Shown one piece after another: positions 11,498-23,255 of a stretch of DNA of 51,035 nucleotides (the stretch's first letter is position 1; each line of letters opens with the position of its first letter). Origin of the DNA: Prasinococcaceae sp. CCMP 1430 (taxonomy: Eukaryota > Plantae > Prasinodermophyta); contig RQSC01000626.1 in the NCBI GenBank assembly GCA_013416795.1, positions 52,506 through 103,540 on the forward strand. Direction: 5' to 3'. A model generated the notes under the pieces. The model ran no database searches. It was not told where the DNA came from and saw nothing but the letters and a program-made list of their open reading frames with translations. The position numbers and the translations under genes were made by a program.

Positions 11498-12819
11498 GGC
11501 CGCAGCCGGCCGCCTCGGCGGCCTCCTCGGCCTCCTCTCCCGGCTCTGCCACCGAGAGCCGCTGCCAGCGGCCTTGCACGGCCTCGGGCGCCGACCCTCC
11601 CACCCACACCCCCCGCCTCCGGTCGCCTCGCTGCGCCGCGCCGCGCCGCGTGCGGGGCGTGTGGCGGCGGCGCTGTGCACGCGCGCGCGTGAGGCGTTTT
11701 GTCAGTTGTTTTTTCCTTGTGTTTATGTGTGCATTGCAGCAGGTGGCGTTTGATGGCGCTTCGCGCAATCATGGCTTATTACATGCAACGGCGGAGTTGG
11801 ACGGGGGCCGCGTGGCGCTCGGCCGGATGATCGCGGCACGCACCGACTCTTTGCTGCACGGTGTATGCAACTTGCCACATGTTTCCTAGCAATCTTGGAC
11901 TCACAGTTTGCGCGTCTCAAGGAGCATGCACACAAGGCCTGGTCTTGTAGCACGTGGTGGCCCCACGCGCGCAAAGGTTTCGCGGTGATCGCGGACAACA
12001 CCCAGTAGACGCACTCGCGCAACCGGATTCGAGCTGGCGGGCGGAGCTCAACTGGTGCCATCCACCGGTCGGACTGCTGCCGAAGCTAAGCACACCGCTA
12101 TCAAGGATGCGATCCAAAGCAACATACAAACGGCGGTGGCTCTCCAACGGTCGATGGCTCATCCTGCCTCCGCGAGCTCGGTGCCCATGGGGAGTACCGC
12201 AGTGCCGAGCGCCGCCCGCCGCGCGGCGCGGCGATCTTTGTCGCCCAGAGACGCCGATTTCGACTTCGCCACGCCTTGCTCCGGCCGTGTGAGGTAGCTT
12301 TCGCGCAAGAAGTGGGCGCGCTCAAGCGCGCGACCAAGATAGGCGCGTGTGTGCTCGCTGACACCTGCCACACCGCCCGCCCACCGCGCGATCGCGCCCG
12401 CGAACGCAGGAAGTTCCTACCTCGTCGATGCAACGGTGCATCATCACGCAGTATGGTATCGTCCACCGGGCCTTGGGCGCGGCGGCGACACCCCTAGTGA
12501 AGCTGCAACGACGCCGCGCGCTGCTCTAGGCCGCGCTGAAGCAGTCGACAGAGTCAAGTTCCGCCACGAGGAGCCTTCCGTTCCGTGCGCGCACGCGCAT
12601 GCATTTTGATCACGGGCCCATTTCGCATGCCTTCTCATGGCCGTTTTTTTCGTCCACCGAACCGGTCGCGCCGACTCGCCGCTGACCGGAGCGCGTCCCG
12701 CGCCGGCGCCCGCCGAGTGCGCCGCAAGAGCAGCGCCTTCCCGCATACCCAGGTGTGTGGAAGCAGTGGCGTTGGCGGGTGGGGACGCTACTCCTGTGCG
12801 GACGTGCGGGCCGGTGGCG

Positions 12820-13906
12820 ATGGCGTCGGCTGTGGACAAGGCGAGGCTCATGCGCGAGCGGCAGGCGCGCTGGATGGCGCAGCGTGCGAGCGCGTGCGAG
12901 CGCGAAGGGGCGCTCGGAGAGCTCGGTGCACTGAACCTCGGCGGCGCGGCTGGCGGCGCCCGAGCGCCGGGCGGCGTTGGGGCACCAGACAGCGCGGCGG
13001 TGCTCGACCGCATCACCGCGAGGATCACAGAGCGGGTGCGCACGGACCTGAAGGTGCGCACGCGCGCGCTCGTACGCGTTGAACAGCGGCCGCTCGCGTG
13101 CATCCGCGCATTGCTGACCGGGCATGCAGGCCGAGCTCGCCGCGCAGGCACGCCAGTCGTTTGCGCGCGACGCCGCTGCCGGGGAGCTCGAGCTCGAGGG
13201 CGCGCTCGCCAGCGAGGTATCGCGCCAGCAGTGCCCCGTGTGCTTCGACCTCATGGCGCCGCCGGAGAGAACGCCCATGATGCTCTTTCCGTGCGGGCAC
13301 ACGTTCTGCGCGATGTGCATCAGCGCGCACATGAAGGCGCACCGAAAGGACACCTGCCCGTGTTGCCGCGAGAGCATCCAGGGGCAGGCGGTCAACCGCG
13401 CGCTGGTGGCCATCGTGGAGCGGTTGCTGTCGGAGCGGCCTGAGGTGGCGCAGGCCGTCGCCGAGGGTGTGCCTGGGGAGGGCGTGGACACGCGTGCAAG
13501 GGCGGCTCTGGGCTTGGGTGCGGGCACTGCCGCTGGCGACGCGGCGGCCAGTGGGCGGGGTGCAATCGTCGATGCGGTGGAGAGTGCCGAGCTGCGCCTG
13601 CGAATATTGACGGGCGAGCTCGAGAAGGCGCGCTCGGAGGCGTCGCGCGCCGCCGCCGATGCGGAGGCCGTCGCTGCGGCGGCGACGGCAATGGATGGCC
13701 TCGTCGCTGAGGCGAGGCGCAAAGTGGAGGATGCGCAGGCAGAGCTCGCGCTGGCCGAGTCGCACGCGGCGGCAGCGACCGAGCGCCGCGCTGACGCGCA
13801 GGCGCGCGCGGGGGAGGCGAGCGCGCGCGCCGCGCTCGTCGAGGGCACCATCGCAGGTCTCATCGCGGAGCTCGACAAAAACAGGCTGCTGCTCAGGGGA
13901 GTGTGA
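12820..13906 (+). CDS. RING-finger (C3HC4) E3 ligase-like protein with C-terminal coiled coil
   Basis: Exons 12820-13053 and 13130-13906, with a GCTGAC branch. RING motif CPVCF...LFPCGHTFCAMC...CPCCR, followed by an Ala/Glu-rich coiled coil. Confidence 0.85.
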
Positions 13907-14283
13907 GCGCAAACTCCGCCCCACACGCGCGACCCGGGGCATCCACACAACGCATCGACGGCGACGGCGGACCGCGGCGGCGCTGAGCCGCTCGAGCCAG
14001 CGGCGCCGCCGCACCTCCCGCGCTCGAAGCTCCGCCTCGAGCGCCCCTCGCCCGTACTCGAGGCCGAGCACCTCGTGCGCGATATGGTTGCCAGCCCGCA
14101 CACACGCGCTCGCTCAGTGACTGTCACGGGGCCGCGACTAGGACTACGCTAATCATATAGAACCCTAATTATTTACCCTTAATCTGACTTTCAGCTCGAA
14201 GGCCCCCAACGGGGGTGTTGCGTGCGGGCGGGGGTCCGCGCGCGCCACAGGGCGCGAGCGGGGCACGTTGGCGGGCAACAGCG

Positions 14284-14982
14284 ATGGGGGCGCAGGTGAA
14301 GGTGTTCCTGTCCTCGGACGAGCGCCGCGAGCTGCTCAAGCTGGGGTACAAGCCCGACGAGGTCGACACGATGCGCGTGGAGATCGCCACCAAGCTCATC
14401 GCGGCGGGCACGAAGCGGCCGTTCGGCGCGCGCGAGATGCCCGACTCGTGGCGCAAGGTGAGGGTGCAAGCGCGCGCGTGAGAGAGCGGGGGTGAGGGAC
14501 GTAGAGAGGCATACGAAGCGGCTGGGGAGTGTCGTGCGCCATGTATCCACCACTGACGCGCGCTTTCCCTCGGGCACACACTTCGGGGCGCAGACTGGTG
14601 CGCGTCCGCGCAGCAAGGGCCCGTCGGTTGGCGCGCTGCTCTGCCGCGTGGCGCTCTTCCTCGGGCTGGCAGCGGGCGCAGTTGCCGGCGCCGTCGCGCT
14701 CGGTCTCATCGAATTGCCCCAGGTACGCACGCGCGCGCGGGCGTGGGCGCTTGTCCCGCCCCAACGTGCGCCGCCAACCCCGGGACCCCTCTGCGCTGGA
14801 CCAAGTGGAGCTGACGCAGCCTCCCGGCTCGCCCTCAAACTCTTCACCCGGCCCGCCCCTGCCTCACACGCGCTCCTGTCTCGCAGGGCCTCGCTGGCAG
14901 CGCCCCGCCGCCGCGCTCGCAGCGACAGTCGAGCTCGCGCTCGCGGGGCGGCGCCAGGCGGCCGCCGCAGCGCATCCTGTGA
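14284..14982 (+). CDS. Small single-pass membrane protein of unknown function
   Basis: Exons 14284-14457, 14594-14722 and 14887-14982 are all phase 0 with GT..AG junctions. It has a helical N-domain (ERRELLKLGYKPDEVDTM) and a hydrophobic segment VALFLGLAAGAVAGAVALGLI. Confidence 0.6.
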
Positions 14983-15174
14983 GCGCAACGGCCCTGGGTG
15001 CACCTCTCTCTAAGAAGTTCGACTAGAATAGCTGACAATAGTTGAGCCACACGGGTCGTGTGCGCGCATCCAGGCGCAGCTGAGCGCAGGCGCGCCACAG
15101 CGAGCTTCGCGACACGTGGCTACATCATGCCCTGAGACCGCGGTGTATTATCGCCCCGGAGCAGTCCACTACGC

Positions 15175-16230
15175 CTACGCCCAGCGCGAGCGCTTGGCGG
15201 ACGGCGAGATGGGTGGCGGTGGAGGCAACGGGAGCGAGGAAGGGAATCTCGCACCCCTCTCGCCCCCAACCTTCCCTTCACGCGGCCCGCCACCGCCTTC
15301 ATCGTCAAGCGCCTGCGATCCCGCACCCGCGTGCTCACCACCCCGTTGCTGCCGCTCCCGCTGCTGCTCTGCCGTGCCTACGTTGGCGGCGTGCCCTCGT
15401 GCGGCTGCGAGCGCCGCCGCTCGTGCGGCGTCCTCGGCACTGCCCGTTCCCGCCTGTGAAGCCGCGAGCGTCGCGGCGCGCGCGGCTCCTTCAGCAGGGG
15501 CAGCCGGCGCCTCAACGTCCCATCGCCGGCGCTTGGGCTTGGCCCCGGGCGCAAGCGGCTGCACTGGCGGCGGCGGCGGCGGCGGCGGCGCCACCTGCAC
15601 CGGCCCACGCGCTGGCGGCGGTGGCGGGACCATGCCGAGCGCAGGGGCTGCGGGCGGCACCCCCACGCTCGTTTGCCCCATGGCCGCCACAGGCGCACCG
15701 AGCTGCGGCACGCCCCACGCGCCTGCGCCGGCGGCCGGCCCAGGTAGTCCGCGCACGGGCGCCGCCGCCGCAGTCTTGCCCTCCGCAACGTCCTTCAAGT
15801 ACTTCCACAGGTCGCGCATGAAGCGCTTTGCGTTCTTCTCGAGAAATCCGCTCAGCGAAACTTGCATGACCTTGGGGTCGGGACCCTGCTTGCCGCCCTC
15901 CTGCAGCAGGCCCATGACCATCTCCTCCACGACGTCATCCTCCACACCCAGCGTATCCTTGAGCTTGGCCTCCACCCACACGCGCACGTCGTCGATGCGC
16001 GCCACGACCTTGCTGAAGTCGATCTGCGCGGGGCGCAGGGCGGGCGTCAGCACGTCGGCGCCGCGTCATCGTAGCCCGCGCGATCAGGGCCGAGCTCTCG
16101 CTGGAGGGCGATAGGAGCGCCCGCGCACCTTGGCGTCAAGCGCCGACGAGAACTGCGCCTTGTCGCGCAGCGCCGCCTGCGCCTTGTCGCGGAAGCGGGC
16201 GGTCGACGCGCCCGTGCCCTGGACGGGCAT
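15175..16230 (-). CDS. PWI-domain splicing factor (SRRM1/SRm160-like N-terminus)
   Basis: Exons 16230-16129 and 16023-15175. PWI signature VWVEAKLKDTLGVEDDVV...QVSLSGFLEKNAKRFMRDLW, followed by a Pro/Ala-rich tail. Confidence 0.88.
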
Positions 16231-16381
16231 CGCGCGGCGCGGTGCGCGCGCGCCGCAAGCGCGCGCGTGCGCGCGCGCGCGCGGCGCCACACTCTGCGCG
16301 CGGGCGCCCCCGCCCCCCTCACTCCTCCCTCAGGCAGTCGAACCGGCCGACGGGACCGCGCGACCGCCCGAGGAGGGCGCG

Positions 16382-17665
16382 ATGGCGGGGCAGGGGCGCG
16401 TGGGCTTCCTCGGCCTGGGCATAATGGTGCGCGGCAGCCGGGCCCGCGCGAGCGCGCGCGCGCACGAGTGAGCGCGCAAACGCCCTCGCACCCCTGATGC
16501 ACCTGCCCCCTCGCAACGCCCGGGCCTCGCGCTGACGCACCGGTGGCGCGCCACGCGCGCCCAGGGTGCCCGCATGGCCGAGGTCCTCGTCAAGTCGGGC
16601 CGCAACGTCACGGTGTGGAACCGCTCGGCCGCCCGCTGTGAGCCGCTCAAGGCCGCTGGCGCCTCCGTTGCTGCCGATGCTGCCGAAGTCACGCAGAGGT
16701 GAGCACACGTCGCAGCGCGGCTGCCTGCGCACCGAGCAAGTGGCGCGTAGCTTCAGCCCGCGAACGCGCCCGAATCCCTCTCGGACGCGCTCGGCTGCCG
16801 CGTGGCGCTGACGTCACGATGCACACCTCCCTTCACCCGCAGCTGCGACATCACCTTCGCCATGCTCTCCGATCCCGCCGCCGCCTCCGCGGTCGTCAAG
16901 GCCGCCGCGCCGGGCATGGGACCTGGCCGTACCTACGTGGACTGCTCGACCGTCGACGAAGCCACTGGCGAGAGCAGCGCGAGTGTGATAAGCGCGACGG
17001 GCGGCAAGTTCCTGGCGGCGCCTGTCAGCGGTGGATGGCGCGACGCTGCCAAGGGCGAGTTGCTGTTCATCTGCGGCGGCGAGAAGGCGGCCTTCGATGC
17101 CGCGTCGCCATTGATGGATGTGATGGGCGCGCAGTCGTGGCACACCGGCAAGACGCCCTCGCACGCGTCGCGCGCCAAGCTTATGCTGCAGATCATGATG
17201 GGCACCATGATTGGCTCACTGGCGGAGTGCTTGGCCCTGTCAAAGGTGCGGGGACACTTGCGCGAGAGCGCACGCGTGCGATGCATCCGGCTGCAATCGC
17301 GCTGACGCCAACTGCGAGGACCTCCTGTGTCCATCGCATACGCGAATCTATCCACGCGCACGCACGCGCACTCGCAGGCGAGCGGCGTGGACCAGACGAT
17401 GGTTTTGCAGATGTTGATGAAGGGCGCCATGGCCAACCCCCTGATCGGCGCCAAGGGCAAGCTCATGATTGAGGGCAAGTTCGACCCCAACTTTCAGGTG
17501 TACCTGCAGCAGAAGGACCTTCGCCTCGCACAGGCGCTCGCGGAAAAGGTGGAGGTCCCGGCGCCCATCACCGCCGCCGCCAACGCGCAGTACATCCGCG
17601 CCAAGCAGCTGGGCCTAGCAGACAACGACTTCGCTTCGGTGATCAAGGCCTACGAAAAGCCTTGA
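16382..17665 (+). CDS. GLYR: Glyoxylate/succinic semialdehyde reductase-like (beta-hydroxyacid dehydrogenase family)
   Basis: Exons 16382-16426, 16565-16698, 16843-17245, 17378-17665 (870 nt). Motifs: VGFLGLGIMG Rossmann fold, WNRS, DCSTV, APVSGG, catalytic-Lys helix, QKDLRLA. Confidence 0.88.
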
Positions 17666-17721
17666 GCGCTGCGGTGCAAATTAACAAACGCTATTAACCT
17701 GAGAATGGCCACACGGGCTGC

Positions 17722-18912
17722 TCAGCGACAGTGCCTCTCCCACGCTGCTTGCGCCTCCTGATGAAGCACCGCGTGGCGTGCCGCGAGGACGTCGAGGGAT
17801 CTGTGGTAGCCGCCGCCGACGTAGCAAGCAACCGGCGCGCCCCAGGAGAGACACTTTTCGAGAACCATCTTTTCGCGCGCGCGCAATCCCTCGTCGCTCA
17901 CTTCCAATAGGCCCAGACTGTCGTCACGATGCACGTCCACACCTGCATCGTAGAGGACAACACAAGGGCGCGCAGCACCCAGAGCCTGCGGCAAGTACTT
18001 CTCCAGCGCAGCAGTGTACTCGCGGTCGCCCGCACCGGGAGGCAGCTCCACGTCCAAGTCACTAGGGTGAGGATTTGGCTTGCCCAGCAGCGGCCAATTG
18101 TCAGCGCAGTGGAGCGACATGGTGAACACCGACGGCGCACTGTCACCGCCAAGGATCGCGGCCGTCCCGTCGCCATGATGCACGTCGCAATCCACAATGA
18201 GGACGCGGCTGGCTTCGCCCGTAGCCAGAAGCTCAAGGGCGGTGATTGCAAGATCATTCACTGCGCAGAACCCCCCACCTCGGGACGCATGTGCATGGTG
18301 CGTCCCGCCTGCTGTGCTGCAGCTGACTCCGTGCTGCTCATGCATTTGTGGCCCGCGCGCGCGCGCGTACAGCAGTGGAGGTGGTACGGCGGGTTCCTGT
18401 CAGCGCCGTTCAAGAGTTAGAGCGTGCGTGCTCGCCGCTGTCCACGTCAGCCAGCATACAACACACCTGCATCGCGAGCCTGGCGGCGTGAAGCGTCCCC
18501 GCAGCCTCAGAGAAGGTGCGAGCCACCAGCGTCTCGCTCCAAGGCAAACCGACGCGCCTCCACTCGGCGGGTGGCCGCCGGCCGCTCATCGCGCGCGTTT
18601 CCTCCCATGCTGGCGCTGCCAGTGCGCCGCTGCGGAAAGCGTCGAGGTACTCTGGCGAGTGCGCTCGCTCCGCGGCGCCTGCCGGCAGTGGCGGTGGTCT
18701 CACGACCTGCGTCTCGTGGACAATGCCCTCAGCCAGCAGCAGCGAGTGGATGCGCTCGAACACGCCCATCGGAAAGCGATGAGCCGCGGGCCAGTCGGGC
18801 AGCCGCGCCGGCGCCGAGAAGAGGGGGTCGTGGACCAGCGGCGGCCCCCGCAGCGGCGCACCCAGTAGCCCGCGTGATGCACTTGCGGCGCGAGCCTGCA
18901 CGCGCCCCGCAT
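17722..18912 (-). CDS. Histone deacetylase-family protein (HDAC11/bacterial AcuC-like); start uncertain
   Basis: Exons ~18912-18467 and 18333-17722. Motifs: HRFPM, GGTHHA, GGFCAVND, DCDVHHGDG, YDAGVD, GGGY. The ATG at 18912 is one base out of frame (see findings). Confidence 0.88.
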
Positions 18913-19129
18913 GGCTCAGCGGCCGGCCAGCCGCGGCGAGCGCGGCACGGCCATGCGGCGGCGGTCGCCGAACGCATGCGCGGCGCGCGCGCTGTGGTGG
19001 CAGGCGGTCGCCGCGCGGGCGGCGTGTGGGAGCGCGCGCCGACAGCGCGTATCTCTGTTCGGTCGAGCGGGCGCCGTGCCACTCTGCGCACGCGGCCCTT
19101 GGAGGCCGCCGCGGCGTCGCACGCGCGCC

Positions 19130-20203
19130 ATGACGTCCGGGGATAGCCCTGCCGCGTCGGTGGAGGACTTCTTCGCATCGAGCCCACCGCTGCAGGACGG
19201 CGCGGCCGCGCGCGACGCGCTCGCCGCGTTCGTGGCGTCTGCGGCCGCCGCGCGTGCGCGCGTGGCGCTCGTGAGCTCGGGTGGCACGACGGTGCCGCTC
19301 GAGCGGCGCTGCGTGCGCTTCATCGACAACTTCAGCTCGGGTTCGCGCGGTGCTGCCTCCGCGGAGGCCTTCGTTCAGGCCGGCTACCGCGTCGTGTTCT
19401 TGCATCGCGGCGGCGGCCACTCGGCACGCCCATACGAGAGGCACCTACCGCGGGAGACGCTCGACATACTGGAGGCGGTGCAGAGCACGAGCGGCGACAC
19501 AGATGGGGGAGAGGGCGGCGGCAGCGGCGCAGGAAGCGACGTTGGCAGCCACGACGTGGGCGCGTCCGACGCGACCGTGCACGTCCGTGCCGAGTACGCC
19601 GCTGAGGCCGCCCGCGCGCTGCGCCGCCGCGATGCGGCCGTCGCGTCCGGCCAGCTGCTGCTGCTGCCGTACACGACGCTCTTCGAGTACTTGCAAATGC
19701 TACGCGCGTCGTGCGAGGCGCTCCGCCCGCTTGGCTCACGCGCAGTCACGTATCTCGCCGCTGCAGTAGCTGACTTTTACATCCCCTGGGATGCCATGGA
19801 GGAGCACAAGATCCAGTCGGGCGGAGGCAACGCGGGCGGGCTCAACCTGCAGCTTCATGCCGTGCCAAAGATGCTAGGCGAGCTGCGCCACGTGTGGGCA
19901 CCCCACGCGCTGTGCGTGAGCTTCAAGCTAGAGACGGACCCGGGCATGCTCGTCTCAAAGGCACGCTCGGCGCTCGATCGATACGACATGCACTGCGTGG
20001 TGGCCAATCTGCTCACCACGCGCTACCAGCGAGTTCTCATGTGCTCGCGTTTCGGCGGCAGCGGTGAGAGCAGCGAGCGATACGTCGAGCAGCCCATCGA
20101 ACGGAAGGAGGGCGGGGCAGAGCTTGAGGTGGCCATTATTGCACACGTCGCAGAGCTGCATGCGCGACACATAGCCGCAGATGGTGAGACCCTCTCGAGC
20201 TGA
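19130..20203 (+). CDS. PPCS: Phosphopantothenate--cysteine ligase (CoA biosynthesis)
   Basis: LVSSGGTTVPLE..VRFIDNFSSG.RGA, YLAAAVADFYIP, VSFKLETD, VVANLL. Single exon. Confidence 0.95.
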   Translation: MTSGDSPAASVEDFFASSPPLQDGAAARDALAAFVASAAAARARVALVSSGGTTVPLERRCVRFIDNFSSGSRGAASAEAFVQAGYRVVFLHRGGGHSARPYERHLPRETLDILEAVQSTSGDTDGGEGGGSGAGSDVGSHDVGASDATVHVRAEYAAEAARALRRRDAAVASGQLLLLPYTTLFEYLQMLRASCEALRPLGSRAVTYLAAAVADFYIPWDAMEEHKIQSGGGNAGGLNLQLHAVPKMLGELRHVWAPHALCVSFKLETDPGMLVSKARSALDRYDMHCVVANLLTTRYQRVLMCSRFGGSGESSERYVEQPIERKEGGAELEVAIIAHVAELHARHIAADGETLSS

Positions 20204-20327
20204 CGCGCGCACATGATAATAATGCCACGGAGCACATCGCCGCTATCGCTATGTTGCCTCCTCCAAATGCGCGCAGAGCGCGGTCGCGCAGGCTCGCGAG
20301 CGTGAATCACCTATCACGCCAATCATA

Positions 20328-22392
20328 TTAGTCAAAATCGTCATCGAAGCTGCCAAGATCGTCCGCGGCAGCCTCCAGCGAATCGAGGGCCTCTTCCAGG
20401 TCGAAGGTGCTCACTCCCGAGGACGAAAGCAGCGGCATCATCGTTGCCGAGCGCGGCGCGCGGCGCAGCTCGGCCGCAGCAGCACGGAGCGACGAAGCCA
20501 GCGCAGCACCGGAAGACAGATGCGAGGCGCACGAAGCAGTCTGAGCCTGCGACGCCACGCCGCGCGCCGAATGCGGCAGGCGCAACGTCAGCACAGACGC
20601 CGCATTCAACGCGGAGTCCAAGGCTGTGCCATCGCCACGCGCACCATCCGCCCGCGCGCCCACACTGACTCGCGTGACGCATGCGCACCTTTTTGCCGAT
20701 GATCGGGAAGGGTAGCGGCAGCGGCAGTGGCGCGGTGGTTGCCGCGTACATCCTGCGAGAGGTAGGCCACGCCACGGACGGGCACGCGCTCCACACCGCC
20801 AGGAGGTCGTGGACGCTTCCGTCCGCGCGCGCGCCATCCCACCCGCGCAGCACGAGACTCTCCGCTGCGGCGTGCACGTCCCCACCAGCGCGCATCGACG
20901 ACTCGCTGGTGACAAGCTGCGACGACAGCGGCGTGAGCGCACGCAGCCAGCTCGCGCACATGTCTTTAGTATCGCCATCCCTACCCTGCTCGCGCTCGGT
21001 TTTGATAGAGTCAAGCAGTGCTTCCTGTGAGGCGTACGGCGGCGGCCCCATCGGCAGAGCGAGCGAGGCTGCTGCGATGTGCGCACCCTCGGGATGCAGC
21101 GCGCGCAAGAGCGCATCCAGGTCCAGCAAGTCACCCGCGGCGTGCTTGCCGCGCGTTGCGCGCGTGCACAGCGTGGCAGTGTCAATGCACGCCGCCATCG
21201 CCGCCGCCGCGCGGTACTCAGTGTCCACATCAAATCCGAGCGCACTGGCGGCGGAATCGAAACGCTCGCCGACTCCCAGCGGCACATAGCTGCCGCGACT
21301 TTCGCTCGCTCTCGCGGCGGCCGCCAGGCCCATCGCCGCGCCAACGCGGCGCCTTTCGGCCATGCCGTCCGCGCCCTCTCTCAAGCCTACCTCAGGCGAC
21401 TCCGCTGCGAACGTGAGGACGCTCTGCGCGGGGTAGTCATCAGCAAGGAGCGTTCGAACCTCGTCGGCGATGCCGCCCATGCCCGTGCCCTCCTCGGAGA
21501 GAAGCACAAAGCCCTGCGCGGAGTCGCACGCCTCCACAAGCCTGCGCGCACCGTCCTCGATGGCATCGCGCAGGTCTCCATCGGTGGCCCATAGCGCGGC
21601 GCCGTCGGCACGCCACGCCTCGGCGGAGGCTGCATGCGCGCTGTCGATGCCGCGCAACGCGTGCACACTTCGCGAGCCGAGATCCGTCTTGAGGAAATCG
21701 CTCCAGTATCGCACGCCTCCACCGCCGCGGTGCGTGCCCTTACTGCTGCCTCCCGCATCGAGCTCTGCGGCAGCAGCCTCGAGCTCGTCGGCGACACGCT
21801 CGTCCTCCGCGCGGCGCGCGGCCAGCTCGGCCTCAGTGGGCTCGCGTTCGTGCATCTCGTGCTCCCGCTCGCGCGCGGCGGCAGCCTCGTAGTCCCCGTC
21901 CTCGCCATAGTCCTCGTCCTCCTCGTCGGCGCCGTTCGGGAGGCGCAGGGATAGGTCGTCTCGTTCCGAGTATAGTGCTCCGACGAACGCGCTTGGACGC
22001 ACCCTCTCCGCGGCGCGTACCTGCACTGCGCCGTCCCACGACGCCACCACGTCCTGCGTCGCGCCCGTCGCCGCCTGCGCGCCGGCCACGAAGTCGAACG
22101 CGTCGTCCGCGACGGCTCCACCGCCGGCCGCGGGCATCGCGCCGAGGTTCGCTGCGGCGTCGACGACGAGCACTCGCGGCGCAGCGGTCGCCCCTCCCTC
22201 GCCGCCGCCGCGCGACACGCCCCACGTCACGCCGCCGTCGATGGCACCCCACTCACCCCCCGGCTGGCCCCCGCCCTCGCCTTCACCCGCCGCCGCCGCG
22301 TGGCCCGCGGCCTCGTCCTGCAGGTTCCACAGGTGCGCCCCCACATAGTTGGCGAAGCGGCCGAGCTGCAGCGTCACGACCTCGCGCGGCAT
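20328..22392 (-). CDS. MSTO1: Misato/DML1 tubulin-like protein
   Basis: Starts MPREVVTLQLGRFANYVGAHLWNLQD and contains VRYWSDFLK and IEDGARRLVEACDSAQGF. Exons 22392-20689 and ~20546-20328; an alternative acceptor would start exon 2 at 20540. Confidence 0.92.
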
Positions 22393-22524
22393 GGCGCGCG
22401 ACCGGGCCGCGCGCGCGGCCGCCCGTGTGGGCTCTGTCACCCCCTTCCCCCCCCCCCTTCCCCCCTCTCTCCGCCCGCCTCCGCCGTGCCCGCCCGGCGG
22501 CCTGCGTGCGGCCGCAACCCGCGA

Positions 22525-22573
22525 TACAAACCCTGAAATTGAGGCCGACCCAACCCCAAACCTAAACCCTAAC
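22525..22573 (+). promoter_or_regulatory. Telo-box-like cluster (TACAAACCCTGAAATT ... CCTAAACCCTAAC) in the Misato/PRIM1 divergent promoter
   Basis: Contains the AAACCCTA plant telo-box consensus plus the repeated 16-mer. Confidence 0.55.
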
Positions 22574-23255
22574 GGGCGCGCGCGCGCGCGCGAAAATCGA
22601 AAAGGCCGCACCGCTTCGAACCGCGCGTTTTGCGGCGGGAAGGGGAGTGGGGCGGGGTGGGGTGTGGTGGGGGGAGGGGGATGCTCCGCGGCCCGCGCCC
22701 CCAAGGACGCGCCGGTGCGCCGCTGCGCGCGCGAGATCCGCTCCGGCCGTGCGCGCGCGCCCCGCGCGCGACCCAGAATCCCGCACGCCGCACGCGCGCG
22801 ACTCCGCGTCACCGTCACTCTCCCATCAAATCCTCGGTCTGTACCCAGGTAACACGATTGCTGCCCGGCTGGTTGGCCGGTGCGAATCGAACGACATCCA
22901 TCGATCGATGGCGAATTCGAATGCTGCGACGCGCCGTGTCTGTCACCGGATTTCTTCTATCCAGATCCCGGTGAGACGACTGGCGCGAAGAGGAGACGCC
23001 CGGCGCTTCACGGGATTTCCTGGATGAAATCCTCGGTGCGGGGGCTGGCACGAAACGGACACGAGGGCGGCGCGGCGGGGGCGCAAAACGCAGATTCGAT
23101 GCTGTTGCGCGCGGCAGCGCCGACGCCGTCGAGGGGCGCCACACCGCGAGCGGGAGAGCAGCCTCCCCAGCCCCGCCGGCGCGGCGGCGGTGGCGGGCAC
23201 CTCCGCGGCGGCGGCGGGCGCCGAGGAGCCCGCATCGAAGCGCGCGCGCGTGGCG

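Noticed and set aside
2515-13906. A ubiquitin-system cluster (UBL protein, CAND1, RING E3)
   Set aside because: These families are abundant and are interspersed with unrelated genes, so chance adjacency is sufficient.
22637-22680. G-quadruplex-type G-tracts (also ~6910, ~42025, ~50870)
   Set aside because: Such tracts are common at this GC content, and there is no specific evidence of function.
22908-23255. An upstream coding exon for PRIM1 (ATG 22908, donor 22971, acceptor 23093)
   Set aside because: It is in frame, but the added sequence is not protein-like, and ATG 23256 already matches the usual PRIM1 N-terminus. At most this is a 5'UTR intron.
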